The position numbers and the translations under genes were made by a program. DNA of 64,000 nucleotides from Syncephalis fuscata S228 (Eukaryota > Fungi > Zoopagomycota), in contig JAHLTZ010000025.1 in NCBI GenBank assembly GCA_025786725.1, positions 310,001-374,000 on the forward strand, in the 5' to 3' direction. Each line of letters opens with the position of its first letter. The stretch's first letter is position 1. Of this stretch, positions 49,230-63,082 are shown piece by piece. Under the pieces are notes generated by a model. That model ran no database searches. It saw only the letters and a list, made by a program, of their open reading frames with translations, and was not told where the DNA came from.

Positions 49230-52200
49230 ATTGCGGTTGTGAACGAACGATAAAAGCAGAAAAAGAATAAAGCAACGTAAAGGTGATAGGCACGTTGGGA
49301 TGCACGTAGATAGTGGAAGAAGCTGGTTGCAAGGTTGCAGCAGCGATAACAGCAAGTAGTTAGAATATAATAAGTTAATCGGTTTAGCTATATTTAAGTA
49401 GGGAAAAGCAGCAGCAGCAGCGACAGCAATAGATCAACAAGGAGCGCAAAGTCGACGCAAAGAACTGGCAAACGAACGATCCAATAGATAGGATAGTATA
49501 AAACTAGAATCAATTTCCGAAAGCAAGTTAGAAAGAAAGAAGATGAGTGGGGTCAAGGGCCAATATAGGGAGAGCTTAGTAAGCAGCCAAACAGTGGCAG
49601 TAGTAGCGGTCGAATATAGCAAGAAGCAGAATAAAAAAGTGTGTAAAAAGAAACCACTGATGCTGTTTGAGGCTCTGATTTGTATGGGCACTTGGATGCA
49701 AATTGATTGGCCGGGCAGCAAGCTGAGGTTTTGTTTGAATAGATATGGTAAATTAATACAGACGCTATCAATTTGTGAGTTGTATTTTCCGATTATACCC
49801 GAACTGGTAAGACAGGGAAAACCGGCTGCTGACTTTACCGAACGCGTTTAGTTGGCAATTCTATTTCGATAAGGCTCGAATCAGCGGTAGTCAAGGCATG
49901 GGCTCGTCGTTGCATGTGATAATAACATTGTTCTAAACATTTGCAGGCGATAAAATAAAGTAACTGTTACACGGCACAATTGATATACGTAACTATCTCA
50001 AAAGTATACTATGCTATTAACCTTTATTTATAATTGTAAAAAGTTACACTACCCTTAAATACTAACTAAAGAATATGCAATTCGAATAAATAAATTATTA
50101 CTTACAGATTAGCTATTAATTAATATGCTACCAATAATTTACATGTAATTAAGGTTATTGTAGCACAGTTGCCATTCTGCAATGCAATAATACCAATGGT
50201 AAACGATGCATTTGGTGAATAAAACTTATGCAGTAACGGCCTTATTCTCTGTTGAACGTGTGTGCGTGTTCAACCATTGAATCAGTCGTTTACGACTAGC
50301 TTCAAAAGCGATTTATATACATGTTTGTACTGGCTTTATTTAAAAATGCTTACATATGATATGGATTAATAGAACAAGTTCAAGTAGGCTATTGCCCCTT
50401 GAAGCTTTTGTTATTGCATTTTACCCTAGATTATCGCTTAGATAAGGGGTACTTGTACGTCAAGGTTAGACGGCTGAAGGCAAATAAACGGTAGAAACAT
50501 ATCAATAGGCGGAGTGATAGCTCACGGCCGACAAGGGGAGCGGCGTGGCATTGGCGGTGATGGCGGTCATTCGCAATTGACAGCCAACTGCCGCGATGAT
50601 AACAATAATAGTGTCCAGCTAATAGTTTTAAGTAGTGTTTAAATTTAACAGTTTATTTATACTACACAGAATGACTAATTTATATATGTTTTATAATAAA
50701 CATTGCTATTAAATAATAGTAATTTATTTGGGTAAATTAAACCAATTTTACAAAAGTTTAAAATAAGCGGAGCAATAAGGATACGTAAAAATAACATTAC
50801 TCCTGACACGTTTTTAACGAGCAAGCTGCCCCTTACTTTCAAATGGCAAATAACAATATCGTATAGACGGATAGCTCCTTTTCGGCCCTGAGTTTGAGAA
50901 TAACAGCTACTAGTTCCTGCGCTCAGCGATCCAAATATCCCCCTTTGCACAGACAATTGTGTATAGACCTGCGTGCCTTGTTTTTGTTGTTATTATTATT
51001 ACTATTACTATTATTGTTGTTGCTGTTGTTATTACAACTATTACTACCAATAATGTTGCTGCTTAAACACATGTGCTGATGTAAATATATGGAATGCGTG
51101 GAAAAGAAAGGTAGAATAAAAAAGGATAGTCAGTATAGTGGTGGCGGCTTCTCTGAGTAACATGGTCAGTAGGGCCCATCAATTGTCTACGATCACGACC
51201 ATTGTCGTCATCACCATCCCCACCAACACGGTCACCCTCGACACGAACACAGCCATTGTAATTTGCCAGTGCTGTCGCCAAGGCTGAGACATTTGAATAA
51301 ATTGCTACTAACGCGGACCGAATACGTTTTGCAATATTACCGCCAACGTCGCCGCTTGAATTTCCCTTATTACGGCCCTTTCCACCCTGGATCTCCCTAG
51401 CTACTATTAATCTTACTACTAATATCACAGCAACTGCTACACCTGCTGCTTTTGCTATTATTACTACTCTCGATGCAATCATTCGCTTTGATTATCCTTT
51501 TTTTCGTATACATCTAAAGACTTGCTAGTATATCCGTTTATTATCATTATTTCTGTTTGCTATCATTCATTGATCAACATTGTGCTGTCCAATACAATTA
51601 TTGCTATTATAATAATTACATACACGTATCGTCATTTCGCCCATTCTACCACAGTGCATCCCATTGAGCAAATAAGCTGTAGTTCCTTTCTATCCAGCAC
51701 CATCCAATAGCCATTTAGCCGCCCAAGGCTTGTGTCATTGGGCTGACTGTTATAACCACTTCTTCCTGTTATCCAGATACACTATAATTGTTAAACACCC
51801 AGACGAATCGCAATAGCTTATTCGTCGCCCCGTGACTTTGATAGAACCGTGGTAAAGCAAGTCGCCTTATCATCTGCCAGCCCACCTATTCTCCACGTCC
51901 TTTTTCCATCTACATTACCTGCATGCTGTAATACGTAGTAGTTTCGTGTTACCATTGCCTCGGCCCTATTTTAAGCCGTAAAAACCAATTAACATTTAAG
52001 CTAACTATTAGCAATAATTTCATCGTTGCCAAATTGCCAACAGTTTGGCCGTGAACCTGTTGTACTGTCGCCATAATTGCTTACTATCGTTAAAGCAGCT
52101 ACACTAAGCGCTTTAACAATAGTTCATCAAATAGGTAAGCTATTCACATGTATTTGAATCCCATGCTTTCTTTTTTCACAAAACGGCAGTGAAACCGCTT

Positions 52201-52618
52201 GCCTCTTGCTATCATGAGCGATAAGTAATCCATGCAAGTATTTCCCCGATTTGCTATTGATTACGCAAAGCCGTCATGATGCCATCACTTGTATTTCCGT
52301 AGCTGGCTTTCGTCATTACTTTCGCGGCCTACTGCTACCTGTCAACCTTCCAAGCGCTGTGATTTAAATTCCCCGCACTATTCACCTGCTGTATTCTTTG
52401 GTTATGCACCAATCTTCACTTGTTTCCTCGCATATTCGCACATTTCATTCCTACCGACTACCGTTTTTTGTACAAAAGCTTTATTATAATCAGCAGCTGC
52501 CTACTGGCGTATTTGTATTCAGTTTTGTTTATTCTATTGTGTAGTTCTAGATATTGACTCAAGAAACTGTTTGCGCTTATCTCCCGCCGTATCTATTGCT
52601 GTCCGTACTATTACTAGT

Positions 52619-54324
52619 ATGAACAACATGGCTAATACACGCCGCAAGCGTATGCAAGTAAAATGTGCATGCGGTAAGTAATATAACATGTTTTTACTTT
52701 TCGGTACATGTATATCGTGCTATTGTAACTGGAGCCGGTTAAAGTGGCCATTGCAGTAATGATGTCATTGTCAAGGACATTAACATGCTGAAGACAACTA
52801 TGGAATATTCTATGTTACAAACACATACTTATTTATACAATGTATACTCAGAACCATGTCATCAGGCTTGCAAGAAATGCGACGATGCCCGTCCGTGCAC
52901 CCGATGCGTCCGCTATGGCTGCGAGGCATCCTGTGTTGATCACACTCGCAAAGCACGTCAGCCTGGAGTAAAACGTGGACCTTATCGCCGGACCCCAGAA
53001 TTGGCCGGTAGTAGCGGAAACAATAGCGATACGAACACCGGTACCGGTATCAGCAACAGAGGGGCCAGTTCTAATGATAATAATAACAGCACTATTCGAT
53101 CCATTAATACAAATAACCGTAACATCAACAACATGGCAGCATTTTCTATTGTTGCACCGACCCCCGGCTCTTCTCAAGCTAGGCTACACGCAATGCCACG
53201 AATGGTCAACGATTCGATATCTAGTATTGCTTCGTCATCTGTGAGCTCGGACGAAGACATGGATGCTAGGTCCCATTCTTCAATGTCACTATCATATTCG
53301 TCATCATTATCCCCATCTCCTGTGCTGAATGGATACCAGAGAACTGCAACCTACGTTCAAAACTTACAAGGTAACTTGATTACTATATATATAATATTTG
53401 TATTTATAGCTTTATTTCCGATTATAGAAACAAAGCGGCATTTCAATTCAAATATATTGCATACACCACCGTTGACAATGGCCGACTTTACATCGACGCC
53501 TTCGCCTGTCCATCTAACGGCGCCCAAGGCATATCCTGCTCAACCTCTTACACTGGATGTACTGGCCGGCATTGCCAGCCGCATAACAAATAATATACTA
53601 GCAACTCCCAATTGTCTCAAATAGGACATTAAGATATACAAAATCTGACGCTTTTGTGCCCTATTCATTCCGGCCAAATGGCTACACACTTCAAAGTGCT
53701 CATCCATTAACACCTGAAGGTTCACCAGAGTCTGCGCTGTTTCGATCATTTCCATCTCCAGTGCCTGTAACACCGTCATTACCAATGTATGTGTTATACT
53801 GACTTACATTAACAAACAAATGACACTAACTCTATTTACAGGTGCTCAAGTCCAATGAGCGATAATAATGACAAATTGCCCTCTATCAATCGATTGAATT
53901 TACCTCGAACTGATCAAGCCTTTCTTGCCAGTCAGTTCAGTCCAGGAGCCAAGTTCAGCTCACCAGCTTTTCCCCTGGCTACAAAACAAATACCTAACAG
54001 CTCATTGTATTCATTATATTACAACAACGTAAACAAAATACGGCCAGACCAAGAACAGTCGCCCATTTCAAATAGTGTATTCTTTCCCCCGATGTTTTCT
54101 TTTGATAGAAAGCCTGAAATTGAACTCGAGCAGAAAAGTGTTAAAAGCACACACTCTTTTGATATACTGGCTGCGTTTGTACAAATATTCTTGAACAAGA
54201 AAAATCAACCTCAACAGTACCACAGCCAGCGTCTTTCTTATCGCAACCAAGCTTTGTCCAACAACAACCAATGCTGTGCGATACCATCTACTCAGTTGCA
54301 ACACCCATGATGATTGAAGAGTAA
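52619..54324 (+). CDS. Second Zn(II)2Cys6 transcription factor, paralog of 42612-45256
   Basis: RRKRMQVKCAC|EPCHQACKKCDDARPCTRCVRYGCEASCVDHTRKARQPGVKRGPYRR with an intron at the same phase-1 position. The end assumes one missing base near 54176, giving FDILAAVCTNILEQE...MMIEE-stop. Confidence 0.8.
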
Positions 54325-55211
54325 GCGGGGTCGATAACATAGAAATATCAGCCACCATACCATTTTGCAGCAGACATAACTACCTAACCGTCCTGCTAGC
54401 CCGTTTATTTGCGTTTCATTTGTGTTTGGCCATTACTATATGACAAACGTATTGCTTTCCTATGTTTCTTTTATTGTCGTTTGCATGTCGATCATTTTTA
54501 AGTTAATACTGTATTAAATAGCAGTATTAGTATAAAGGTTTTTATTTCTAAAGCAAAACAGAATAATATGAATAGAAACAGCAATACTAATGTTTTGTTC
54601 GTTATCATTTACACAAAAGCAGATGATTTGAAATATAAAATAAAGTCTATTGTAGATAGTTTTACTCACGCAAAACAATAAACACACTCGCAGTTATTTT
54701 CATATATTATTTGAACAATAAATAGCTGAAACAATAGTTTTAATCCAAGAGAAATTGATAACTGAATTGAATCAATATATTTATTATATGCTGTCAATAA
54801 ATAAGGTAATGTATGCTACTATTGCAATAAAGAAAGTAAATTATATAAATGAGTATCCACGTGACTATAGCTTTTAATACAGTAGTAAAATCTTAATAGT
54901 AGAGTCTGTGCTGTATTAATGGTTTGTTAAATGATATGAATATTATTTATATGCACTTAGTTTTGACTATTAGCAATACTATTTATTTATAGCAATATAT
55001 GAATGAATGAAAAGTGTGTACTTGATAATTTTAATAAAATGTTTTAAGCATTATCGATGTCACAGAATGTGTACAATGCTAATTTCAGTAGCATAGATTG
55101 TATTGTCAAATATTAATCACATTGTATTTAATAATTTACATGATATGTTATAATTATAGTTGTTTACTAACTAGTACACAATTAAAATGCAGAGAACAAA
55201 TGATAGTTTAC

Positions 55212-56205
55212 TTATTTGTACACATGTATAGTTCTTGCAGTGGTAATATCAGATAAGTGAAGCATATGACTAGTTCTTGGGCGATGTGCAGAACCGGCAT
55301 TTTTGTTTATATTTTGGCAGTGGTTGATCAATATTGTTGTAACGGCCACACTGAGGATATATAAGCTACATGTAAACAATTAATTTTGCTACTTACCAGT
55401 CTACAACGAGAAACAAATCACTATTGATGTTGGACATAGCTTTGAGTATGAAAACAGAACAAACAAAAGTACATAGCGTGGCCAAAAGCATTGCTTGTAT
55501 TCCATCGCGTGCTAGTTGCCTCCATGCATTAGATCCAAATATACGATACTGTTTTAGAGCGATGCGACAAAAAATAATCGAAAACAGTGCGTTGATTGGC
55601 ACATTAACACTAAGCCAATACCATACAGAAAGCCAAGGGTAATAAACTGCGCAGCCAATGATTTCTTCTAATGTAATAATATCGCAGTATATTACGACGA
55701 AAGCGTAGGAAAGCTGTGTGATTATCAGCGGAATGCTGACGTACAGTATCCATTTTTGTCGACAAAGCACCAAGTAAACCTTTTGAAGAAGCATTAAGCT
55801 GTTACAAGCCATTGTAAATGCTATATTAAATACGAAAACCCATATTGTAATGCGGCAATTGACAGGAAAGTCCAAGTACATGCATATTACCACTAGAACA
55901 GATACAAAGCCCGAAATAGAAGGCGCCAAACAACACCACGATACCATGCTGCGAGGTCGTGATATAGTCATTTTACTGGCAACAACAAGATTACGCCAAA
56001 ACACAGCAATTGCTAAGATATAAGCTACAATTTGAATTTGTATACCTAGTATTCTAAGGCGCTGCTTAGGAATGTCACCGGTGGGTTCCATAAAAAAGTC
56101 AAATATGCGCATTTCGCCAAGTGGATGGAGATGAGCCCCCCATTGTTTTAAGTTGCTGCTCATCCACTCTGTGTACTTTGAATCGTTATAATCGATGAGC
56201 GGCAT
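55212..56205 (-). CDS. Orphan multi-pass (about 7TM, GPCR-like) membrane protein, 2 exons
   Basis: About seven hydrophobic segments; Cys at the top of TM3 (PVNCR) and in the loop after TM4 (IGCAV); LARDG before TM6; second exon CVAVTTILINHC...RPRTSHMLHLS. Confidence 0.7.
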
Positions 56206-58489
56206 TTTAGAAGAGTATATATTTATATATACTAATAATACGACATGAAATAAAAATGTCCTAGTGCGTGTTAACTAAAAAAATTGAACAATTGAAAAGT
56301 ATATAGCAATTATAGCATACTTAACAATTACCAGGTTCCAATTATAATATTCTTGGTCCAAAGGTGTATTGTGATAAACCTGTTATTGTTTCAAAGACTT
56401 CAACATGCGTGACAAAGAACAAAGAACTTTGATAGTGCACGCATACCATACACTCACAAGCCATATGGCGTTAAAAGCACCCATTGTTCACTAGTAAAAC
56501 AGAGGCCTCGCCCAATTGGCAGCTTTAGAATATGTTAAAAAAGGATTACGGAACAAATGAAGTAATTTATTATTGTAAAGCTATTAGTATTAAATAAGCT
56601 AAAAATAGCTATAACCATACATTTAACTGATCAGTGCGTAATATACGACTGTTAGTTATTGCCTAGCCATACCAGGTGATATATTGGCGCCAGTCCAACG
56701 CCATATGAATCTCAGTTACAATAAAACATATAGTCAACTTTCAAGGCAAAAGGATTAATACGTTAGCGTAGAATCATGTGCTAAGCGTACCAATATAAAC
56801 AGATGATAGTACGTGTAGTATCGTTTTAACTAGTTTTGGTTGTGGATGTGATATTGACTTGGATTGGCAGCAGTGATATGTTTTAATTACAGCAAATTTA
56901 TATGGAAATAAATCAAAATGGGATTTAGCATACTGTACTATTTACAGTAAACATAGCCTTTTGAAAATGTATGCATTTTTTGTTAAAATGCATTTAAACC
57001 TAATAAATTCATATAAACCACTAGATTGCAATGTAATACTATTTAATTTGGTCACAGGGGGACGACTATTAACTGCAGTATATTGTTCATAATAATCGCA
57101 TCAAACAATCAATAATGTTTAAAAAGTATTCCTACCGCAGTCTAATAAAATGTCAAAAATTACATACCTAATAATGCTCTTCATTCTTACTTTGTGTCGA
57201 AACTGTACAGCAAAGATTGGAATAAACACAATGCCATAATATTTGTTTTACAAAACTATTTATTTTATGTGAATCGAATAAAACAGAGATACTGTAATAA
57301 TAGTGCATGATAATGCCAGTATTCTTTTTAACATCAATAATGTCTCATAAAATTTTAAACATAAAAGCATGCATCATTGGTCAGAAATCCACACAAACTA
57401 TTTAGCTATTAAACAAAAATGGCTAAACTGGATTAATGTTGTAATGACACTATGTTCTAGGATATTAACAGCTTATCGATTGCTACTTTTATTCAGTTTG
57501 CATTGGTTTTCAGATTTGCGCGATGTATGGTGCATTAACTGATGTTGCAACTATTCTCATTTGACCAAGCTATGTATCTCTGCCTGTTATCATGCATAAA
57601 ACACAAAACTAGTAATGAATTTTGCTGCTATTATGTGTACTATTCAAGCCTGTATCTTAGTGTCTTTACCACCCACGCATTCTTTCATTCGCTATGCTGA
57701 ACATTGACCTAGTAGCCAATTTTCTACAATGTAGACCATCAATTGCATCAAATATAATGATGCATATTGGTTATTATAGTACCAGCATGTGTAAAAACTA
57801 TTATTATAAAATGGATCTTGGACAGAAATAAGTTGTTCATATCTTTCTCATTGTATGTTTACTATATTTTGTACCAATCACACATTATCAATAAAAAGTA
57901 ATCTGGTTATTGCTAAACATATTCAATATGCTGGTGCGATGTATCGGCATGGCAATTAATTGATCACTGCTTTATTTTAAACACTGGTAATTATATTTTC
58001 CATAGCTAACACTATCGATGGTCCTATTGCCAATGCGTCTATACTTAATCGATATGTTCAAAGGTAATACCAAGTCACTTATAACTGCTTTACAATAAAC
58101 AATATACAACATCCATAGCATTTATCTTATAGTGCTCTTTATTTGGCACTCTGGCCATACTAGATGATCAGCGACCGGCATATATTATAGTAATATAGCA
58201 TTACTAAAATAGGCCAATCATCAGCTACACATTAACAAATGTGTACCACCGTCTAACATGTGCTTATCAGCATTGTAAATACAGATAGCAAAAGGAAAAA
58301 GCATGCTGTGCAACCTAAACAAGTAAAACAATAAACCTGTTTTTGCTACCAATAAATATGAAGTCAATTTTTCATTCATATTTTGGAAAGACGAATGAAA
58401 CCTGCTGAGATTACTCGAACTGCTGCTTGCTTGACTTTTACGCTCTTGTCTGGTTATTGAAACGGCATTATTAAAGGGCTAATATAACT

Positions 58490-60679
58490 ATGAAGTCGAC
58501 CAGCCTACTCAAAGCAACACCATTCACCGCTGTGGCCTGGTTAGCCTTGGCCGGACTTTCTTTACTGCTGCTTACGTCAAGCGGCAACAAAGAAACGCGC
58601 TCTATACACCATGAACTAGAACTAGAAATAAATCAAAAAACTTTACTTCGTCGCAGTCTGGTGAGTGACGATTTGCTTTAAAGTTGCAATACAATACGAT
58701 AACTAACAAATCGATGCACCATAAATATCTGCCTTTTTATTTATGGCACAATAAAACTGTATAGCCTGACAAAGAAGCACACAAAGTGGGCCATTTGCCG
58801 TTTGAGTCAGATCAGACTCCTTTGGCCGGTAGCTATGCTGGCCATCTACCTGTGGCCAACTGTACTAGCCCAAGCGGGAGTTCGCAAGATTGTGGTGCAC
58901 TGTAAGTTGGCTATTAATGCACCAAAATTTATACTAAATATACACAGATTTTATTGGTATTTTCCAACTGAAATGCCAAATGACGACAAGGCACCACTAG
59001 TAATGTATGAATACACACCACCATTGATATATTTGGCTAACCATCACGTAGCTGGCTTCAAGGCGGGCCTGGGTCTTCTTCTATGGTGGGGCTATTTTAC
59101 GAGGTAGCTCAATTAACTATAATTTTATTGTAATTGTCTAAACAAACTGACGATAGCATGGTCCGGTCACTGTGTCCGATAACAATAAGCTTATTCGACG
59201 CACAATTCCGTGGACCAAATCCGTTGATATGGTCTTTGTTGATCAGCCAGTCGGTACTGGATTTAGTTATGCCATGCCTGGCATTCCAGATGATGCTAAT
59301 CCAAACCTTAGCCCGATTCGTTTCACCAATACTAATACACCAAATGACAATAGCAACGCAAAAAACGTCACTACAAGTAGCAGACCATTAACCTTGGAAA
59401 GATGTCACGCTGGTGGCTATGTCACGGATCAACAACAAGTTGGTCGAGACTTTGTCTATTTTCTTGAGCAGTTTTACAAAGTACATCCTGATCTTCAACA
59501 GCGCGAACTATTCCTCGCAGGTGAATCCTATGCCGGTAAATTCATTCCAGCAATTGCACAAAATATTTTGCAATACAATCGCAAATCCGATACAAGTAAG
59601 TATATGTCTGATAACACTTATAATACTTTATTAAACCATATTGAATAGCGCACAAAATACCACTATCTGGCCTTGTGATAGGTATTTATAGCAATAGACA
59701 AGCTATATTATTAATACACTAACAGTTTACATATAGGCAATGGCCTTACTGTTCCAGAGGTCCAAGTTAAATACAATGCTCAGTTGGCCGCCAATTTTGG
59801 TAAAAAGCATACCTAATTCACAGAGTCACTATAGCTAACTTGAGCAATATAGGATTGCTTTCGCATTCACAGACTCAAGAGTTGCAGCAGCTATGCGACA
59901 AAGCGTCAGAGCTAGCCATTAAAAAGGACTATCTATTGTCATTGGAAGCCCGTGAAAAGATGTTTAAATTATTCAACGAATATACAAGCAATGTTAACTA
60001 TTACGATATCCGCGAAAAGGATATACCCAAGGAAAGAGCACGTATGATAAAATTCCTAAGCTCTGTGGAGATACTTGATGCGCTGCACACCAATGGTCAT
60101 CAGCTACACAGCGATTTGGCCGTTAAGGATTGCTTGGCAGTAAGTTACTAAATAAGAAAGCAAGTCGATTTTAACAAGTATCTATTTGTATAGTCGGATA
60201 TTATGAAATCTGTCGGTGGCTTGTTTCCAGAACTGTTGGACAACTACCGCATTCTTCTTTTCCAAGGTAGCTTTCCGCATATTCATTATCATTATTATTT
60301 ATACTTATTTATTTACTATCTAATACAACAGGTCAATTTGATTTCCGTGATGGTCCTATAGGTAGCGAAGCATGGATTCGTCAGATTGACTGGCATGGCC
60401 GCAATACGTTCAACCAAGCGACACGCAAGGTAAGCATAGCAGCATAAAAAGCCAAATATAGCTGCAACAGCAATCTTATTCTAATACTAATCTGTACCAA
60501 TTGCAAAGCCATGGCGTACTAGCGATAAGCCAGGTGGCCTAGCCGGTTATGTTACGGAACATGACAATCTTAGTCATGCGATTGTATTGAATGCAGGCCA
60601 TTTTGCACCAGCCAATGCACCAGAAGCCGTTCTTCAAATGCTAAATCGATGGATGCATAAACAAAGCATTGCCGCGTAA
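58490..60679 (+). CDS. Serine carboxypeptidase (S10), multi-exon
   Basis: SYAGHLPV, FYWYF, WLQGGPGSSSMVGLFYE, FVDQPVGTGFSY, LAGESYAGKFIP (Ser), GQFDFRD (Asp), VLNAGHFAP (His); N-terminal hydrophobic segment. Confidence 0.93.
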
Positions 60680-61246
60680 TTTATTAATAGTAGTAGTATT
60701 ATTACTAATGATTTAATAAACTTGACCGTTACATGATTATCACAAATACATTGCGCTATCTCGTTTATTTATCTAGACTAATGAGCTATCATTTTATCTT
60801 CCAAAGTATGCTGACATTCTTTTACTAATAATATATCCTTTGCATCATAAATAATATATGAAAATAATTGCGAGTGTGTTTATTGTTTAGTTGTTTGACA
60901 GTTGCACCAACGACTAGTGCAAAGTTATTGTTTTGCTTTAGAAGTAACATTTTAAGAAATATGTAATATTCGATTGCATTTAGATTTAAACATTTTTATG
61001 TATAAAGTTATTAATTGATTACAAGCTAGTGATCAGTTGTCATTGGTCTAATCACCTCACAAATGGCTATGACCATGACACACACACACACGCACGCTAT
61101 TGCCTCTGGCTATTCCTTCCTTCTCTTTCTTTGTTTCTTTTGCCTTTTTTGCAGTACGTGTCGGTACGGCTGATCAAACAAGAATCAATCATCTTTATAC
61201 CTTCGCAGTGTCTTGATTTGTCTGCTACATTTATTATTATTACAAA

Positions 61247-61829
61247 ATGACGACACCACTTGTTCGTGTAAGTTAAACAACAAGCTGCGTTGACGTGGAA
61301 TTTCTGCGCGCTACAATACAATTACAAATACATGTTATATTGCTATATAGCAAACGGTATAAATCTAAAGATCCACTATACCTCTAGTTGCTATTACTGC
61401 TACGACTCTAATAGATTCAGTAGCAGTGTTTAATAATAACAATACCACGCGGTGATAAGAAAATGAAAAAATAGAATCTAGTTTTAATAATATATTTAAC
61501 TGTTTGTATAGACTTCTCGCTGGGCTGCATTGGGCGGTGGTCTTGTTTACGGCTTTGTGCATCGCCGTTCACTAAGCAAGCAAGTGGCTGAGGAACGTGA
61601 GCAGGCAGAATATGCGCGCAAAGAACACTTGATTGCTGAGGCCAAATCAGAATACGCTAAGCGATATGCTCAACCAGCTGGTGATGGTAGGTCGTTTGTC
61701 ACAATATCTAAAATAGACAAATTAACAACAATGCACAAAATCTATTTATTATTTAGTTATCACGGATCCAGAAAATCCAGCCTTTGATTTGGAAAAATTA
61801 ATTAGTCATATGAGAAATCTAGCGCTTGA
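61247..61829 (+). CDS. ATP21: Mitochondrial ATP synthase subunit e
   Basis: SRWAALGGGLVYGFVHRRSL...EYARKEHLIAEAKSEY...VITDPENPAFDLEKLI. The phase of the first exon and the stop codon are uncertain. Confidence 0.85.
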
Positions 61830-63082
61830 GTTTTGTTACATATCAATTCAAGCTTTTATTCAGCATTTCGTTTGATTATTTGCTTAATGCTTTGATGCAA
61901 ACTTTACTGCACAGTCACCATATCATTCTTATTAAAACTGTCGTCCATTTGGACTTTAGGACTGCCTTGATTTGCAAATTAGATTAATGTAATTTAAAAC
62001 ATTGGTGCACAAACATACACAAATATATAATATACTACTGGATATAAATACTAACGCCAGTGAATAGACAAACGTCGATAAATGATATCCTATATGATTT
62101 AGGTATTGTTATTGATGAATGGCCATGACATAACAGATAAAAACGTCATATAACTGTCAGGCCTATGTTAAACTGTTATTGTGAAGAGCATAGCAAACAA
62201 CACTGCCTTAAAGAAGACTAGTGTTGTAAGTTATGGCTTCTTTTGCGCAACAAGCAAATAAACAACAGGAATACAGGCATCTGTTGTTGTAGTGGACTTT
62301 GCATAAAGCGGTTGTGCAATGAAGGGGGAATTGTAAGCGAATGAAAGCATGTGTAAGCAATAAACGAATATCAAATTCAAAGGATAGGATAACGAATGAG
62401 ATAAAGCACAGTCAGTAGCGCATGCAACAATAAAGTATGCGCATGCGCATAATAATAAATGAAAGAAGCATTGTGCCGGCTGTAGTAGTGGTAGGTAATA
62501 GAGTAGTAGAAGTAGATGTATAGATGTATAGATGATAGGTGAGCTGTTGTTGTTGTGGTGGTGGTGGTTAGTAGAGATAATGTGTTAGCAATGATAAAGA
62601 AAGTAAAAGCAATATCGATATCAAATCGGAAGAAAGAAACGATTGAACCAAGCTATCTTCAACCGTAAACAGAAAAGAAAGATAAACGAAACAGACAGAA
62701 GTAGTTAAAATGAAGTAGAATGTAAGCAGTGTAAAGCAGAGAGAGAGAAAACCGTAAAAAATAGTAAAAGACTGGCTTGGAATCTCGAGTACATATCATT
62801 AATTGTTTATGCACAACTGGTTATTATGATAATTTCGGGTTTCGGCTACGTCGTCGAAATAGATTCGACACGGATGAAACCTATATTAATAAAATAGAAA
62901 TAATAGAAATAACAGAATAGAAATGGTTAGTAACAGATTATTTAAATTACTAATGAATTATTTATATTTGATTGCCATAAGCAAATTAAATCACATTATT
63001 TTGTTTCGCTCTTGCATAGCAAGTGCACCACAACCGGTACACGCTTACCTAGCTAAACATATACAAACACGCCATGTACAAA

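Noticed and set aside
52276-52768. CYS-3 consensus ATGRYRYCAT at 52276 and 52759 (also 33603 in the AOX promoter)
   Set aside because: One or two matches are expected by chance in 64 kb of AT-rich DNA; not significant without conservation data.
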